NCBI GenBank assembly: GCA_965208315.1
Contig: OZ242329.1
Location: 3,371,080-3,435,079 of the forward strand
Direction: 5' to 3'
DNA from: Chloroflexota bacterium
GTDB lineage: Bacteria; Chloroflexota; UBA11872; VXOZ01
DNA: 64,000 nucleotides
The notes under the pieces were generated by a model, which saw nothing but the letters and a program-made list of their open reading frames with translations, was not told where the DNA came from and made no database searches. The position numbers were made by a program, and so were the translations under genes. Positions 55,815-64,000 of the stretch are shown one piece after another. How positions within the stretch are numbered: position 1 is the first letter of the stretch; each line of letters begins with the position of its first letter.

Positions 55815-56010
55815 TCCGAGGCAAGCAGCGCGTGCACTTAGCCGTCATCGGCGCCGACAAACTCATCGCCCCAAGTCACAGTGGGTGAACTCATTGATTC
55901 TCCTGGTGCAAACAACACCTCAGCACCCCGCGGTCAGTGTTTTGAGGGCGCAAGCATGTCCATCTTGAGAGAACCGTTGACCGCGACGTAGCCGACAGTC
56001 ATTGGAGAGG
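55815..56010 (-). pseudogene. Eroded PQQ-type propeller repeats downstream of the intact gene
   Basis: Manual translation: SPMTVGYVAVNGSL/(shift)DGHACALKTLT and MSSPTVTWGDEFVGADDG*VHALLAS, resembling the SSPxVxDGxVYVGxxDGHVYALDA unit. Confidence 0.5.
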
Positions 56011-56060
56011 CCTAAGGGGTCCGCATTGTGCCGAGCCAGTAAATCAACGTTTGCATTCAC

Positions 56061-58310
56061 TTAATTGCGGCTTCGCTGTTCCAGTTTGCTTTGAGCCTCC
56101 GATGTGTAAACCACAAGAGCATGCGCAATGGCATTAGACCTTCTATAGGTCGGAGCGTTCTCCACAGTAGTGAAATAGATGACGCCTTGGCTAACAGTTG
56201 GCGAAAAGAACGCCTTGCCGCCTGCCTCATAATGCCAATAGGCTTTGCCAGTCAAGGCATCGAGCGCGTGCAGGGTGCCGTTATCCGATACGGCGTACAA
56301 TACGCCCTTGACGACCCTCGGTGTTACCAAATTGAACGAATGAGCTTCCGACAAACCACCAATCTGATACCGCCACAGTTCTGCACCGTTAGCAGCATTC
56401 AGGGCAATGACGTCGCCAAATGAAGATGCAAGGTATACGACACCTTCATAGACAACCGGGGTCGTAAGAACCCTAGCGTATTCCGGATCAGACTTGAGAC
56501 CGCTAACAAGCTTCCCCTTCCTTAAAGGAAGCGTCGACTCTAGGTTGATTCGGATGTGCCAAATCTTTTTACCGGTCGCTGCCTCCAGTGCATACACATT
56601 CCCAATCCCTCCTGTCACATAGAGCACGCCATCACTGACCGCAGGAGAGAACCCATCCATGCTGGACACCTGCTGCTGCCACCGTATCTGCCCTGATCTG
56701 GAATCTATCGCAAGCAAGTCCCCAACGTAGGTAACAACATAGACCAAACCACCTCCAACCGCAGGGGGTGTAAAATACCCTCGACCCTTACTGTCAAAGC
56801 GCCAAAGCACTTCCCCACTACTGCTGTCCAATGCGGTGAGGCGGCCATCGAAGGAATCTGAACCAACGGAACTTACGTAAACGACCTCGTGGTCCAATGC
56901 CACAAAGGTTTCCGGTCCTCTCGTTCTTAGCTTCCATAGCAGTTTCCCTGTCGTGGCGTCCAATGCATAGACATGGCCGTCCTTCGAGCTGGCGAAGACC
57001 ACACCGCCATCACTCGTCAGGGGAGGCATCGTAGGATGTCCGTCCATCTGGAAGCGCCAATATGGTGTTCCATTCGCAGAATCTATTGCATATAGGTAGC
57101 CATTAGGTAAGACAAAGTGAATTGAGTTCTGCCCATCCGCCGCAGTGGATGGAATATCGGAACCAGTAGCATAGCGCCAAATGATGTCTCCAGTGCCGGC
57201 ATCGAGCGCATAGACATGGCCGTCGTCCGCACCCACATAGGCCACACCGTCAGCCACCTCTGGGGACGAGTAGATTCTATAGCCGATCTGGAAGCGCCAA
57301 AGGAGTTTCCCGTTTGCTGCATCCAACGCGTTGATCGAGCCGCCTCTCCCACCGACAAAAAACACGCCGTCGCTCACTGCCAAAGAGTGCGATTTCCTAT
57401 CACTCATCTGGGTGCGCCAAAGAAGCTCGCCGGTCTCGGCTGCGAGTGAATACGCATGGCCCCAATATGAACTGGCAAGTATCACACCCTCATGAAACAA
57501 AGGAATGGCAGGCACAAGATCTTCTGCCATAAAATCCCAGAGCTCTTTTCCGGTTGTAGCATCGAGCGCTGAGAGCCCAAAGTGACGCTGGCTGACGTAG
57601 ACCACTCCGCCCACTACCAGTGGAGAAGGAACCCACGCCTGCCAATAGACCTTCGTAACTGCTCTGCCCCACTTGAATTCTCCGGTCTCAGCGTCCAGGG
57701 CGTAAATGAAACCGTCATTGGGAATTACATAAACGGCACCGTCTGCTACTGTTGGCGAACCGAGAACCTCGGCCGCAGTCTTGTAGCGCCAGCGCAGGTC
57801 ACCGGTCGCGGCATCCAGCGCATACACATGCCTATCGCTTGATCCCACATAAACTACGCCATTAGCCAACGTCGGCGAAGAGTATACATCACCCTCCGTG
57901 AGAAAACGCCAAAGCAGTTTCCCAGTCGAAGCATTGAGTGCGTAGACGTGGTCATCAAGCGAACCAATATACACGTTGCCGTCAGCAACCGCAGGGGAAG
58001 AAGATACGTCGTCTCCTGTCCTGAATCGCCACAGCAATTCCCCGGTAGCAGCTTGCAGCGCGTACACGTAGCCATCGTATGAGCCAAAGTAAACCACGCC
58101 ATTAGCCACTTTCGGTGTGGATCGCACCGCACCACCAAACTCGTAACGCCATAGCAGACTTCCAGGTTCGTCAGTCACTTGGGAAGATCGAACCGACCCC
58201 GGTGGAGTAGAAGCACATGCGACAAGACCGCATGTTACAAGGGCAAGTGTTAGGCATTTCAAGATGCCCACTACGGCTCTGCCCCTATTGTCCAATCTAA
58301 TCAGTTTCAT
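56061..58310 (-). CDS. PQQ-binding-like (BamB-type) beta-propeller repeat lipoprotein, 16 repeats (two 8-bladed propellers)
   Basis: Lipobox GLVAC and 16 units of about 40 aa, each with (L/I)xW..., SSPxVxDG and YAL(D/N)AxTG. AT-richer than the flanks. Confidence 0.92.
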   Translation of the reverse strand: MKLIRLDNRGRAVVGILKCLTLALVTCGLVACASTPPGSVRSSQVTDEPGSLLWRYEFGGAVRSTPKVANGVVYFGSYDGYVYALQAATGELLWRFRTGDDVSSSPAVADGNVYIGSLDDHVYALNASTGKLLWRFLTEGDVYSSPTLANGVVYVGSSDRHVYALDAATGDLRWRYKTAAEVLGSPTVADGAVYVIPNDGFIYALDAETGEFKWGRAVTKVYWQAWVPSPLVVGGVVYVSQRHFGLSALDATTGKELWDFMAEDLVPAIPLFHEGVILASSYWGHAYSLAAETGELLWRTQMSDRKSHSLAVSDGVFFVGGRGGSINALDAANGKLLWRFQIGYRIYSSPEVADGVAYVGADDGHVYALDAGTGDIIWRYATGSDIPSTAADGQNSIHFVLPNGYLYAIDSANGTPYWRFQMDGHPTMPPLTSDGGVVFASSKDGHVYALDATTGKLLWKLRTRGPETFVALDHEVVYVSSVGSDSFDGRLTALDSSSGEVLWRFDSKGRGYFTPPAVGGGLVYVVTYVGDLLAIDSRSGQIRWQQQVSSMDGFSPAVSDGVLYVTGGIGNVYALEAATGKKIWHIRINLESTLPLRKGKLVSGLKSDPEYARVLTTPVVYEGVVYLASSFGDVIALNAANGAELWRYQIGGLSEAHSFNLVTPRVVKGVLYAVSDNGTLHALDALTGKAYWHYEAGGKAFFSPTVSQGVIYFTTVENAPTYRRSNAIAHALVVYTSEAQSKLEQRSRN

Positions 58311-58419
58311 ACTGTATAATTCGACCTAAGGGAAGTTCGGTTGACGCTCTCAACGCACTTCAATTTAGCAAACCCCAGTGCAGGCGTATAAGTGCGTTTC
58401 GCAGCTACCAGCTACTTCG

Positions 58420-59565
58420 TCAAATGTCCACCACCGCGCCGGTGTCGTCGCGGAGGTTCTTGAAATAGTAGAAGCTGCGGGGCGGGTTGGCGGCGATGAC
58501 GTCTTCGTCCAGGTCGACGCCCAGGCCGGGCGTATCCGGCACGTGCAGGTAGCCGTCCTTAATCTGCCACGGCTCTTTGACAACCCGGTCGCGGTAGGGC
58601 TGGCTGGGCACGTATTCCAGCGTGAGGTAGTTGGGCACGCTCATGCCGATGTGCGCCGCGGCGGCGGTTGAAAGCGGCCCCATGGGGTTGTGCGGCGCGA
58701 CGAGCACGTGGTGCACCTCGGCGAGCGCGGCGATCTTCTTGACCTCGGTGATGCCGCCAGCGTGGCAGAGGTCCGGCTGGATCACGTCCACGTATTGGCC
58801 AGCGAGAAGGGGCGCGAATTGCCACTTGGTGAAATAGCGTTCGCCGGTGGCTAGGTCGATGCCCAGTTCGCGTGCGGTTTCGCGCACAGGCCGAAACGCC
58901 TCGATGTTATCGGGCGGCACCGGCTCCTCGAAGAACGTGATGCGGCTATCCTTCACGGCGTGCAATTGGCGCACGGCCTGCGCCGGACGGCTCCTGCCGT
59001 GGTTATCGATCATCAGATCAACGTCGCGTCCAACGGCCTGGCGCAAGATGGCGATGCGTTCGCCCAGGAGCGCCGCGGCCTGATGGTCGCCCATGGGTTC
59101 GTCCGTAGCCCACGCACCGGTCTTCAGGGCGGTGAAACCGGCGCCCACGAGTTGTGCCGCTTCCCGCGCGATGCGGTCGGCCTCGTAGATGCCGACATGC
59201 GTATACAGACGGATGCGGTCGCGAGCCGGGCCGCCGAGCAGGTGGTAGACCGGCGCGCCGTAATGCTTGCCCTTGATGTCCCACAGGGCCTGGTCTATGC
59301 CTGAAATGGCCGTGTTGATGACCACGCCGCCTTTCCAGAAGCCGTCCCTGTAGAGCGATTGCCAGAGCCGCTCGGTCTCCAGCGGGTCCTTGCCGATAAG
59401 CAACTCGCCAAGCTGTCCGATGCACGTGCGCACCGTGGCGTCCTTGCCCTCCAGGGTCGCCTCGCCCCAGCCGTAGAGCTCCGGCTCGTCAGTGGAGATC
59501 TTCACAAAGACCCAGTTACGTGGCTCTCCCCACATGATGAACGTGTCTACCGCAGTAATACGCAT
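58420..59565 (-). CDS. Mandelate racemase/enolase-superfamily dehydratase, galactonate-dehydratase-like
   Basis: RNWVFVKISTD, GWGEATLEG, ISGIDQALWDIKGK, IDNHGR, FFEEP, TGER, QPDLCHAGG and APHNP. Confidence 0.9.
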   Translation of the reverse strand: MRITAVDTFIMWGEPRNWVFVKISTDEPELYGWGEATLEGKDATVRTCIGQLGELLIGKDPLETERLWQSLYRDGFWKGGVVINTAISGIDQALWDIKGKHYGAPVYHLLGGPARDRIRLYTHVGIYEADRIAREAAQLVGAGFTALKTGAWATDEPMGDHQAAALLGERIAILRQAVGRDVDLMIDNHGRSRPAQAVRQLHAVKDSRITFFEEPVPPDNIEAFRPVRETARELGIDLATGERYFTKWQFAPLLAGQYVDVIQPDLCHAGGITEVKKIAALAEVHHVLVAPHNPMGPLSTAAAAHIGMSVPNYLTLEYVPSQPYRDRVVKEPWQIKDGYLHVPDTPGLGVDLDEDVIAANPPRSFYYFKNLRDDTGAVVDI

Positions 59566-59689
59566 GGAAACGTCTCCTTCTGCTGTGAACTTGGGCGTGT
59601 TAGCTTGTCATTGACGCGAGAATTAGACAGCAAACAGCTCTTTATTTGTATGTTGAAGAAAGCCTGCACATGAGTGAATGTAAGCAGGT

Positions 59690-60086
59690 AACGCGAGAGG
59701 CGCGTCGTCCGTCATTAGGTGACCCAGCACGGCAGTGCTGGCTGCATCGTGCGGGAGTACAGCACCCCTCGCGCCCGTATGTCGCTCCGAACAGATACCT
59801 GGGCAGGCCAACGGCCCGCATCTGCACGTGTGGAGGACACCACCAGTATGCCAGGAAAGAGAAGGTCATGGAAGTGGTCGCAGGCATCGACGTAGTCCAG
59901 GCAATCGATGTGGGGAAAGCGCAACTCGACATCTCGGTCGCGTCCGGCCGCGCGCGGAGCTTTGCCAATAGCGCGATAGGCACCACCGCCCTGGTGCGCT
60001 GGCTGCAACGTGAGGGCGTCACGGCGTCGCTCTGGGAAAGAAATGTGCACGAAAAAACTCAAGAGCTTGCAACAGCAACTGCCTGA
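59690..60086 (+). mobile_element. IS110-family remnant: truncated DEDD transposase N-terminus (ATG 59868) plus about 170 nt of upstream non-coding end; left limit approximate
   Basis: MEVVAGIDVVQAIDVGKAQLDISV..FANSAIGTTALVRWL matches the IS110 RuvC-like start (GIDxxKxxLD...FxN...LxxWL). Similarity is lost near 60030. Hairpin CCAGCAC-ggca-GTGCTGG at 59724-59741. Confidence 0.7.
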
Positions 60087-60138
60087 AAGTCTATAGTTAA
60101 GAGACTAGGAGAGAGATCCTGTCGTTACTGGAAGCCAT

Positions 60139-60957
60139 ATGAGCGCTATTCCGCACTACATCATGAGCAAGGACAACCCGCAGATAAAGCGGGTGCGGGC
60201 GCTGCTGCAGTCGTCGCGGCAGCGGCGCAAAGAGGGAGCGTTTGTCGTGGAAGGCGTGCGCTTGGTGGAGGAGGCGCTGGCTGCCGCTCGCGTGACCGCG
60301 CTATACGTCTGTCCTGAGTTGCTCGCCTCCCACGCCCGCAGCCGCGCCTTCCATGACAGCTTGGATGGGGATGGCGTCTACACTCTCATCCACATCGCGC
60401 CGGATGTCTTTGCGGCGCTAGCCGATACGGCCACGCCTCAGGGTGTGGTGGCGGTGTGTTCGCTACCGGAAGACGCCGCGCTGGCGCCTCAGGCCACACT
60501 GGCAGTGCTTCTCGATGGCGTGCAAGACCCGGGGAACGCGGGCATGATCCTGCGCGCCGCTGCCGCCGCTAATGCCGACGGTGTGCTCTTTGGACCCGGC
60601 AGCGTGGATCCATATAACCCTAAGGTCCTGCGGGGAGCAATGGGCGCTCATTTTCGCACGACGCTGCTCAGCCTCCGCGGCGAGGAAGACATGCATGCCG
60701 TTGCCGGCAGGTTTACGCAACGTATCGTGGCGGCGGCGCGGGACGGGGAACGGTACGATACGCTAGATTGGACCGAGCCGACCTTGCTGATCGTGGGCGC
60801 TGAGGCCCACGGCGCCAGCGACTTAGGCAGAAGCTTGCAAACCGCCGCGGCCTCGATCCCGCTAGCGCGGGGCGTGGAGTCCTTGAACGTCGGCATGGCC
60901 GCGGGTGTTTTGCTCTTCGAGGCCGTGCGGCAGCGTCTGAACGCCTCAGAAGCGTAA
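60139..60957 (+). CDS. TrmH/SpoU-family RNA 2'-O-methyltransferase
   Basis: FVVEGVRLVEEAL, TATPQGV, LDGVQDPGNAG, GAEAHG and ESLNV. Confidence 0.95.
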   Translation: MSAIPHYIMSKDNPQIKRVRALLQSSRQRRKEGAFVVEGVRLVEEALAAARVTALYVCPELLASHARSRAFHDSLDGDGVYTLIHIAPDVFAALADTATPQGVVAVCSLPEDAALAPQATLAVLLDGVQDPGNAGMILRAAAAANADGVLFGPGSVDPYNPKVLRGAMGAHFRTTLLSLRGEEDMHAVAGRFTQRIVAAARDGERYDTLDWTEPTLLIVGAEAHGASDLGRSLQTAAASIPLARGVESLNVGMAAGVLLFEAVRQRLNASEA

Positions 60958-61062
60958 TGTCGGCACGGGCGGGGAAGAAGGCCGCGCGCCAGCCAAGTGT
61001 GTCCAGCGTCTCGGCAGCAATTCGCGTTGCACTCTAGCTAGTTGTAGGAAGGAAAGTCACGG

Positions 61063-61452
61063 ATGGCACAGGACTCTGTGTTCATAGAAGGCATGCGCAT
61101 CACCGCCCATGTCGGCGTAACGGCAGAAGAGCGCGACACGCGCCAAATCTTGCGTTTCGACCTGGAATTGCGCTGCGATCTGCACCGGGCGGGGGAGAGC
61201 GACGATATCGGTCACGTGATCGACTACGGGGCCGTCTACCAACACGTCGTCACCGTGGTGGAGAGCACACCCTGCAAGCTCCTGGAACACTTGGCGTCCA
61301 AAGTCGCCGCCGCGCTGTTAGCGGCCTTCCCCGCGTGCGAAGAGGTGCGCATCCGCGTTGGCAAACCGGCCCTCTTTCCCACTACGGGCCGATCCGGCAT
61401 GCCGGGAGTGGAGATAGTTCGCGTGCGCAGCGAACTGAGCGCAAGAGCATAG
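61063..61452 (+). CDS. folB: Dihydroneopterin aldolase
   Basis: VFIEGM..HVGVTAEER..Q, IDYGAVY, LLEHLA and VRIRVGKP. Confidence 0.93.
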   Translation: MAQDSVFIEGMRITAHVGVTAEERDTRQILRFDLELRCDLHRAGESDDIGHVIDYGAVYQHVVTVVESTPCKLLEHLASKVAAALLAAFPACEEVRIRVGKPALFPTTGRSGMPGVEIVRVRSELSARA

Positions 61453-61498
61453 AGAGAATCAAAGTAACTTGCGCGCAGCGGGCACGTGGCCAAGTGGG

Positions 61499-62191
61499 CT
61501 ATTGTCCGCTAAGAATCCGGTCCAACGCCTGCTGGAATTCAGCTACCGGTCTCCCGCCCACAAAGATTTCCACTATGCGGTGGTCGGCATCGAGAAAGAA
61601 TGTCGTGGGAAACGAACTGATCTGGTATGCCGTGCCGACCTCAATGCTGGGATCAAAGAGCAGAGGGTAGGTGACGCCGAACTCCTCTTTGAACCACTTG
61701 AGGTCGTCGATGGTGATGCGGGGATGCGGGGCAATTCTGCTCTGAGTCTTACCGTAGTCCTTACCATAGGGCGTCGCGCTGATAGAGACGATATGCACGC
61801 GGTCGCCGTACTCGGCATGGATCTGGGTGAGACGCGGCGCTTCGTCCTGGCAGTGCGGACACCACGGCGCGAAGAAAGCGATGACTACCGGCTTGCCTTT
61901 CAAGGACTCGAGGCTAATCGTCTCGCCTTCAGTGTTTTCCAGCGAGAAGCCCGGGGCGGCCGCCCCGACTCCCAGGCTCTCGGGCTGTTGGGATTTGCCC
62001 ATGTCTTCCGTCGGCAGCGGGCTGCTGCTTTCGGATGGCCCGCCCAGTGGATTGAGGCCGGTTAGTACGGTGGGCACGACAAGCACGATGACAAAGAGCG
62101 CTATCACCGCCGGAATAATCCACTTCCGCCACGCTCGTGCCACAGGTCTTCGACTCTGTGTGTTGCGTCTCTTGCCTTTTGCTCGCGCCAT
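61499..62191 (-). CDS. Membrane-anchored TlpA/ResA-like thiol-disulfide oxidoreductase
   Basis: N-terminal TM, APGFSL, FFAPWCPHC and FPTTFFLD. Confidence 0.9.
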   Translation of the reverse strand: MARAKGKRRNTQSRRPVARAWRKWIIPAVIALFVIVLVVPTVLTGLNPLGGPSESSSPLPTEDMGKSQQPESLGVGAAAPGFSLENTEGETISLESLKGKPVVIAFFAPWCPHCQDEAPRLTQIHAEYGDRVHIVSISATPYGKDYGKTQSRIAPHPRITIDDLKWFKEEFGVTYPLLFDPSIEVGTAYQISSFPTTFFLDADHRIVEIFVGGRPVAEFQQALDRILSGQ

Positions 62192-62237
62192 AGGTTTACC
62201 CTCTTAGAATGCGGTCTCTGGGCAGTCTCCTTGTGCG

Positions 62238-62642
62238 CTAAGGGAACCACTTGAGGATTGCTACTACCACACCGCCTGCCGCGATCGCCAACCCTGCAAG
62301 TTGTATCGTCTGGCGATTCAAACGTTGTTCAAGCCGCAACTCCAGATCCTTTAGCTCAGATATAAATTCCGCGCGCACGGCGGCGAATTCGGCTGAGGTC
62401 GCATGCGCTAGTTCTTGAATGTCGGCTGAAGTCGTGCGTGCCAACCGTTGAATGTCTTCTGAAGTCGTGCGTGCCAACTGTTGAATGTCTTCTGAAGTCG
62501 TGCGCGCTAGCTCTTGAACGTCGGCTTTGGTTGCTAACGCATCATCCGTTTCGCCAATCGTCTCAATCAAGGCTTCTGCTTGGGTCTCGCTGAAGCCTGC
62601 GCCCGTGAGCGTCTTTACCGCCTTGTGGGTGTCTATGCCCAT
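62238..62642 (-). CDS. DUF1640/CCDC90-like membrane-anchored coiled-coil protein
   Basis: DTHKAVKTLTGAGFSETQAEALI head, LATKAD neck, repetitive stalk and C-terminal TM. Confidence 0.85.
   Translation of the reverse strand: MGIDTHKAVKTLTGAGFSETQAEALIETIGETDDALATKADVQELARTTSEDIQQLARTTSEDIQRLARTTSADIQELAHATSAEFAAVRAEFISELKDLELRLEQRLNRQTIQLAGLAIAAGGVVVAILKWFP
62382..62525 (-). repeat. 33-bp tandem repeat (about 4.4 units) encoding 11-aa DIQQLARTTSE-like hendecads
   Basis: Units start at 62382, 62415, 62448, 62481 and 62514 (partial); consensus TTGAATGTCTTCTGAAGTCGTGCGTGCCAACTG on the + strand. Confidence 0.9.
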
Positions 62643-62904
62643 CTCCCCGCTTTCTCCGCCTGCAATGTAAGTTGATTATATCGGAGAGTTGGCAGCATGT
62701 CCCACGCAAACGTGGGTGCGCCTTCATCCACTGCCAACTGTCTTGCCACGGGAAAGACCATTCCTACTCGCATATTGCCGTAGAAGGTGAGAATCTGTCA
62801 ATTCAAGCGAGCGTGGCGCGCTTGACATACCGCTCAGGGTATTGAGTTAACCGGTTAGGCAAACACGCCCTTGGGCAAGGTTTAGGAGCGGTATAGGGGT
62901 GGCT

Positions 62905-64000
62905 CTATACAAAGAGTGCACGTTGCCGGACGCCGGGCTTGGGAATGAGCGTCACGCTCGCCACGGTATCGCCCTCGGCGCGCATGCGCATGACGATAAC
63001 GCCCCGGGCCGTCCGGCCGAGCGGCCGTATCTCAGTGAGCGGCACGCGGGTGATCTGCCCGTTGCGCGTAATCAAGCAGATCTCGTCGTCATCCGGTGTG
63101 ACGATGCGGCCGCCGATTACGGGCCCGCTCTTCTCGTCAACTTTCAGAGCAATGATGCCCTTGCCGCCGCGCCCTCTGACGGGAAACTCCTCGATGTCCA
63201 CCTGCTTGCCGTAGCCATGCTCGGTGATGAGCAGCGCGCGGCTCTCCGGTTCGACCAGCGCCATGCCGACGACCGCGTCGTCAGGCTCCAGATTAAAGCC
63301 GCGGACACCCGCCGCCGCGCGTGAGTGCGTCGGCACCTTCGCTTCAGAAAAGCGAATGCTCTGGCCCTGAGCCGAGAACAGGATGACCTCCTGCTTACCG
63401 TTGGTGAGTATAGCGGAATACAAGGAGTCGTCGTCAGCCACGTTCATAGCGATCACGCCGTTCGTCCGCGCGTTGGCGAAAGCGCTCAGGCGCGTGCGTT
63501 TGATTTGCCCCTTGACCGACACCATGGTTATGAAAGCGCCATCGGCCTCTTGGAATGAAGGCACCGGCACAATGGCGGTGATACGCTCGTTGCGCGTGAT
63601 GCCCTGCAAGAGATTGACCATGTTCTGACCGCGCGACGTGCGGGTGCCTTCGGGAATCTCATAGGCGCGCAGCGTGAAAGCGCGCCCGCGGTCGCTGACG
63701 ATGAGCATCCAGTCGTGGGAATCAACCAGCAGGATCGTCTGCACGGCATCGGAGGCGCGGGTCGAGATGCCGATGATGCCCTTGCCACCGCGCCGCTGGG
63801 CCTGAAAGTCGCCTGCGGGCTGACGCTTGACATAGCCGCGCTCGGTGAGCGTGATGAGCACGTCCTCCTTGGGCACCAGGTCTTCCTGCGAGAAGCTGGC
63901 GTCGGCGTCTTCGGCAATGACCGTGCGGCGCTCGTCGCCAAACTTGTCCTTGAGAGCCGCGAGTTCCTCTTTGATGATGGCGAAGACTTCCCCAATGTCG
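62905..64000 (-). CDS. gyrA: DNA gyrase subunit A, C-terminal part (continues beyond the window)
   Basis: KDKFGDERRT, GyrA-box QRRGGKG and six propeller blades, including EFPVRGRGGKG and RTARGVIVMR. Confidence 0.96.
   Translation of the reverse strand, partial: DIGEVFAIIKEELAALKDKFGDERRTVIAEDADASFSQEDLVPKEDVLITLTERGYVKRQPAGDFQAQRRGGKGIIGISTRASDAVQTILLVDSHDWMLIVSDRGRAFTLRAYEIPEGTRTSRGQNMVNLLQGITRNERITAIVPVPSFQEADGAFITMVSVKGQIKRTRLSAFANARTNGVIAMNVADDDSLYSAILTNGKQEVILFSAQGQSIRFSEAKVPTHSRAAAGVRGFNLEPDDAVVGMALVEPESRALLITEHGYGKQVDIEEFPVRGRGGKGIIALKVDEKSGPVIGGRIVTPDDDEICLITRNGQITRVPLTEIRPLGRTARGVIVMRMRAEGDTVASVTLIPKPGVRQRALFV

Noticed and set aside
1-64000. CRISPR array or Cas genes
   Set aside because: Repeats are dispersed palindromes or coding tandem repeats; there is no regularly spaced repeat-spacer series and no cas-like ORF.

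Overview
A 64-kb chromosomal window from a GC-rich bacterium. Chloroflexota is the best fit, but that is inference from gene content: Tat/lipoprotein solute-binding proteins, many orphan sugar oxidoreductases and TIM-barrel epimerases, split MetE and PQQ-type repeat proteins. It runs from the 5' end of murJ to the 3' part of gyrA. Housekeeping genes are guaB, rodZ, pgsA, folB, a TrmH-family methylase, two CAU-anticodon tRNAs and a five-gene peptide ABC operon. These are interleaved with a large carbohydrate/organic-acid catabolic set and with AT-richer accessory cassettes. The cassettes are (i) an m4C-type methyltransferase plus a frameshifted Eco29kI-family GIY-YIG endonuclease, bounded by an 11-bp direct repeat; (ii) an ABC-ATPase + DUF4276/TOPRIM-like two-gene module resembling PARIS/OLD-type defence; (iii) a frameshifted REase-MTase-TRD fusion coupled to a membrane pentapeptide-repeat gene next to the tRNAs; (iv) a 16-repeat PQQ-propeller lipoprotein; and (v) an IS110 remnant whose upstream non-coding end may hold a bridge RNA. 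Intergenic DNA carries several REP-like palindrome families, MITE-like elements nested inside them, and one REP copy translated in-frame inside the R-M protein. Three accessory genes have single-base frameshifts in short homopolymers, which could be real or assembly error. No CRISPR array, rRNA or recognisable riboswitch was found. All family assignments come from motif recognition by eye; no searches were run.
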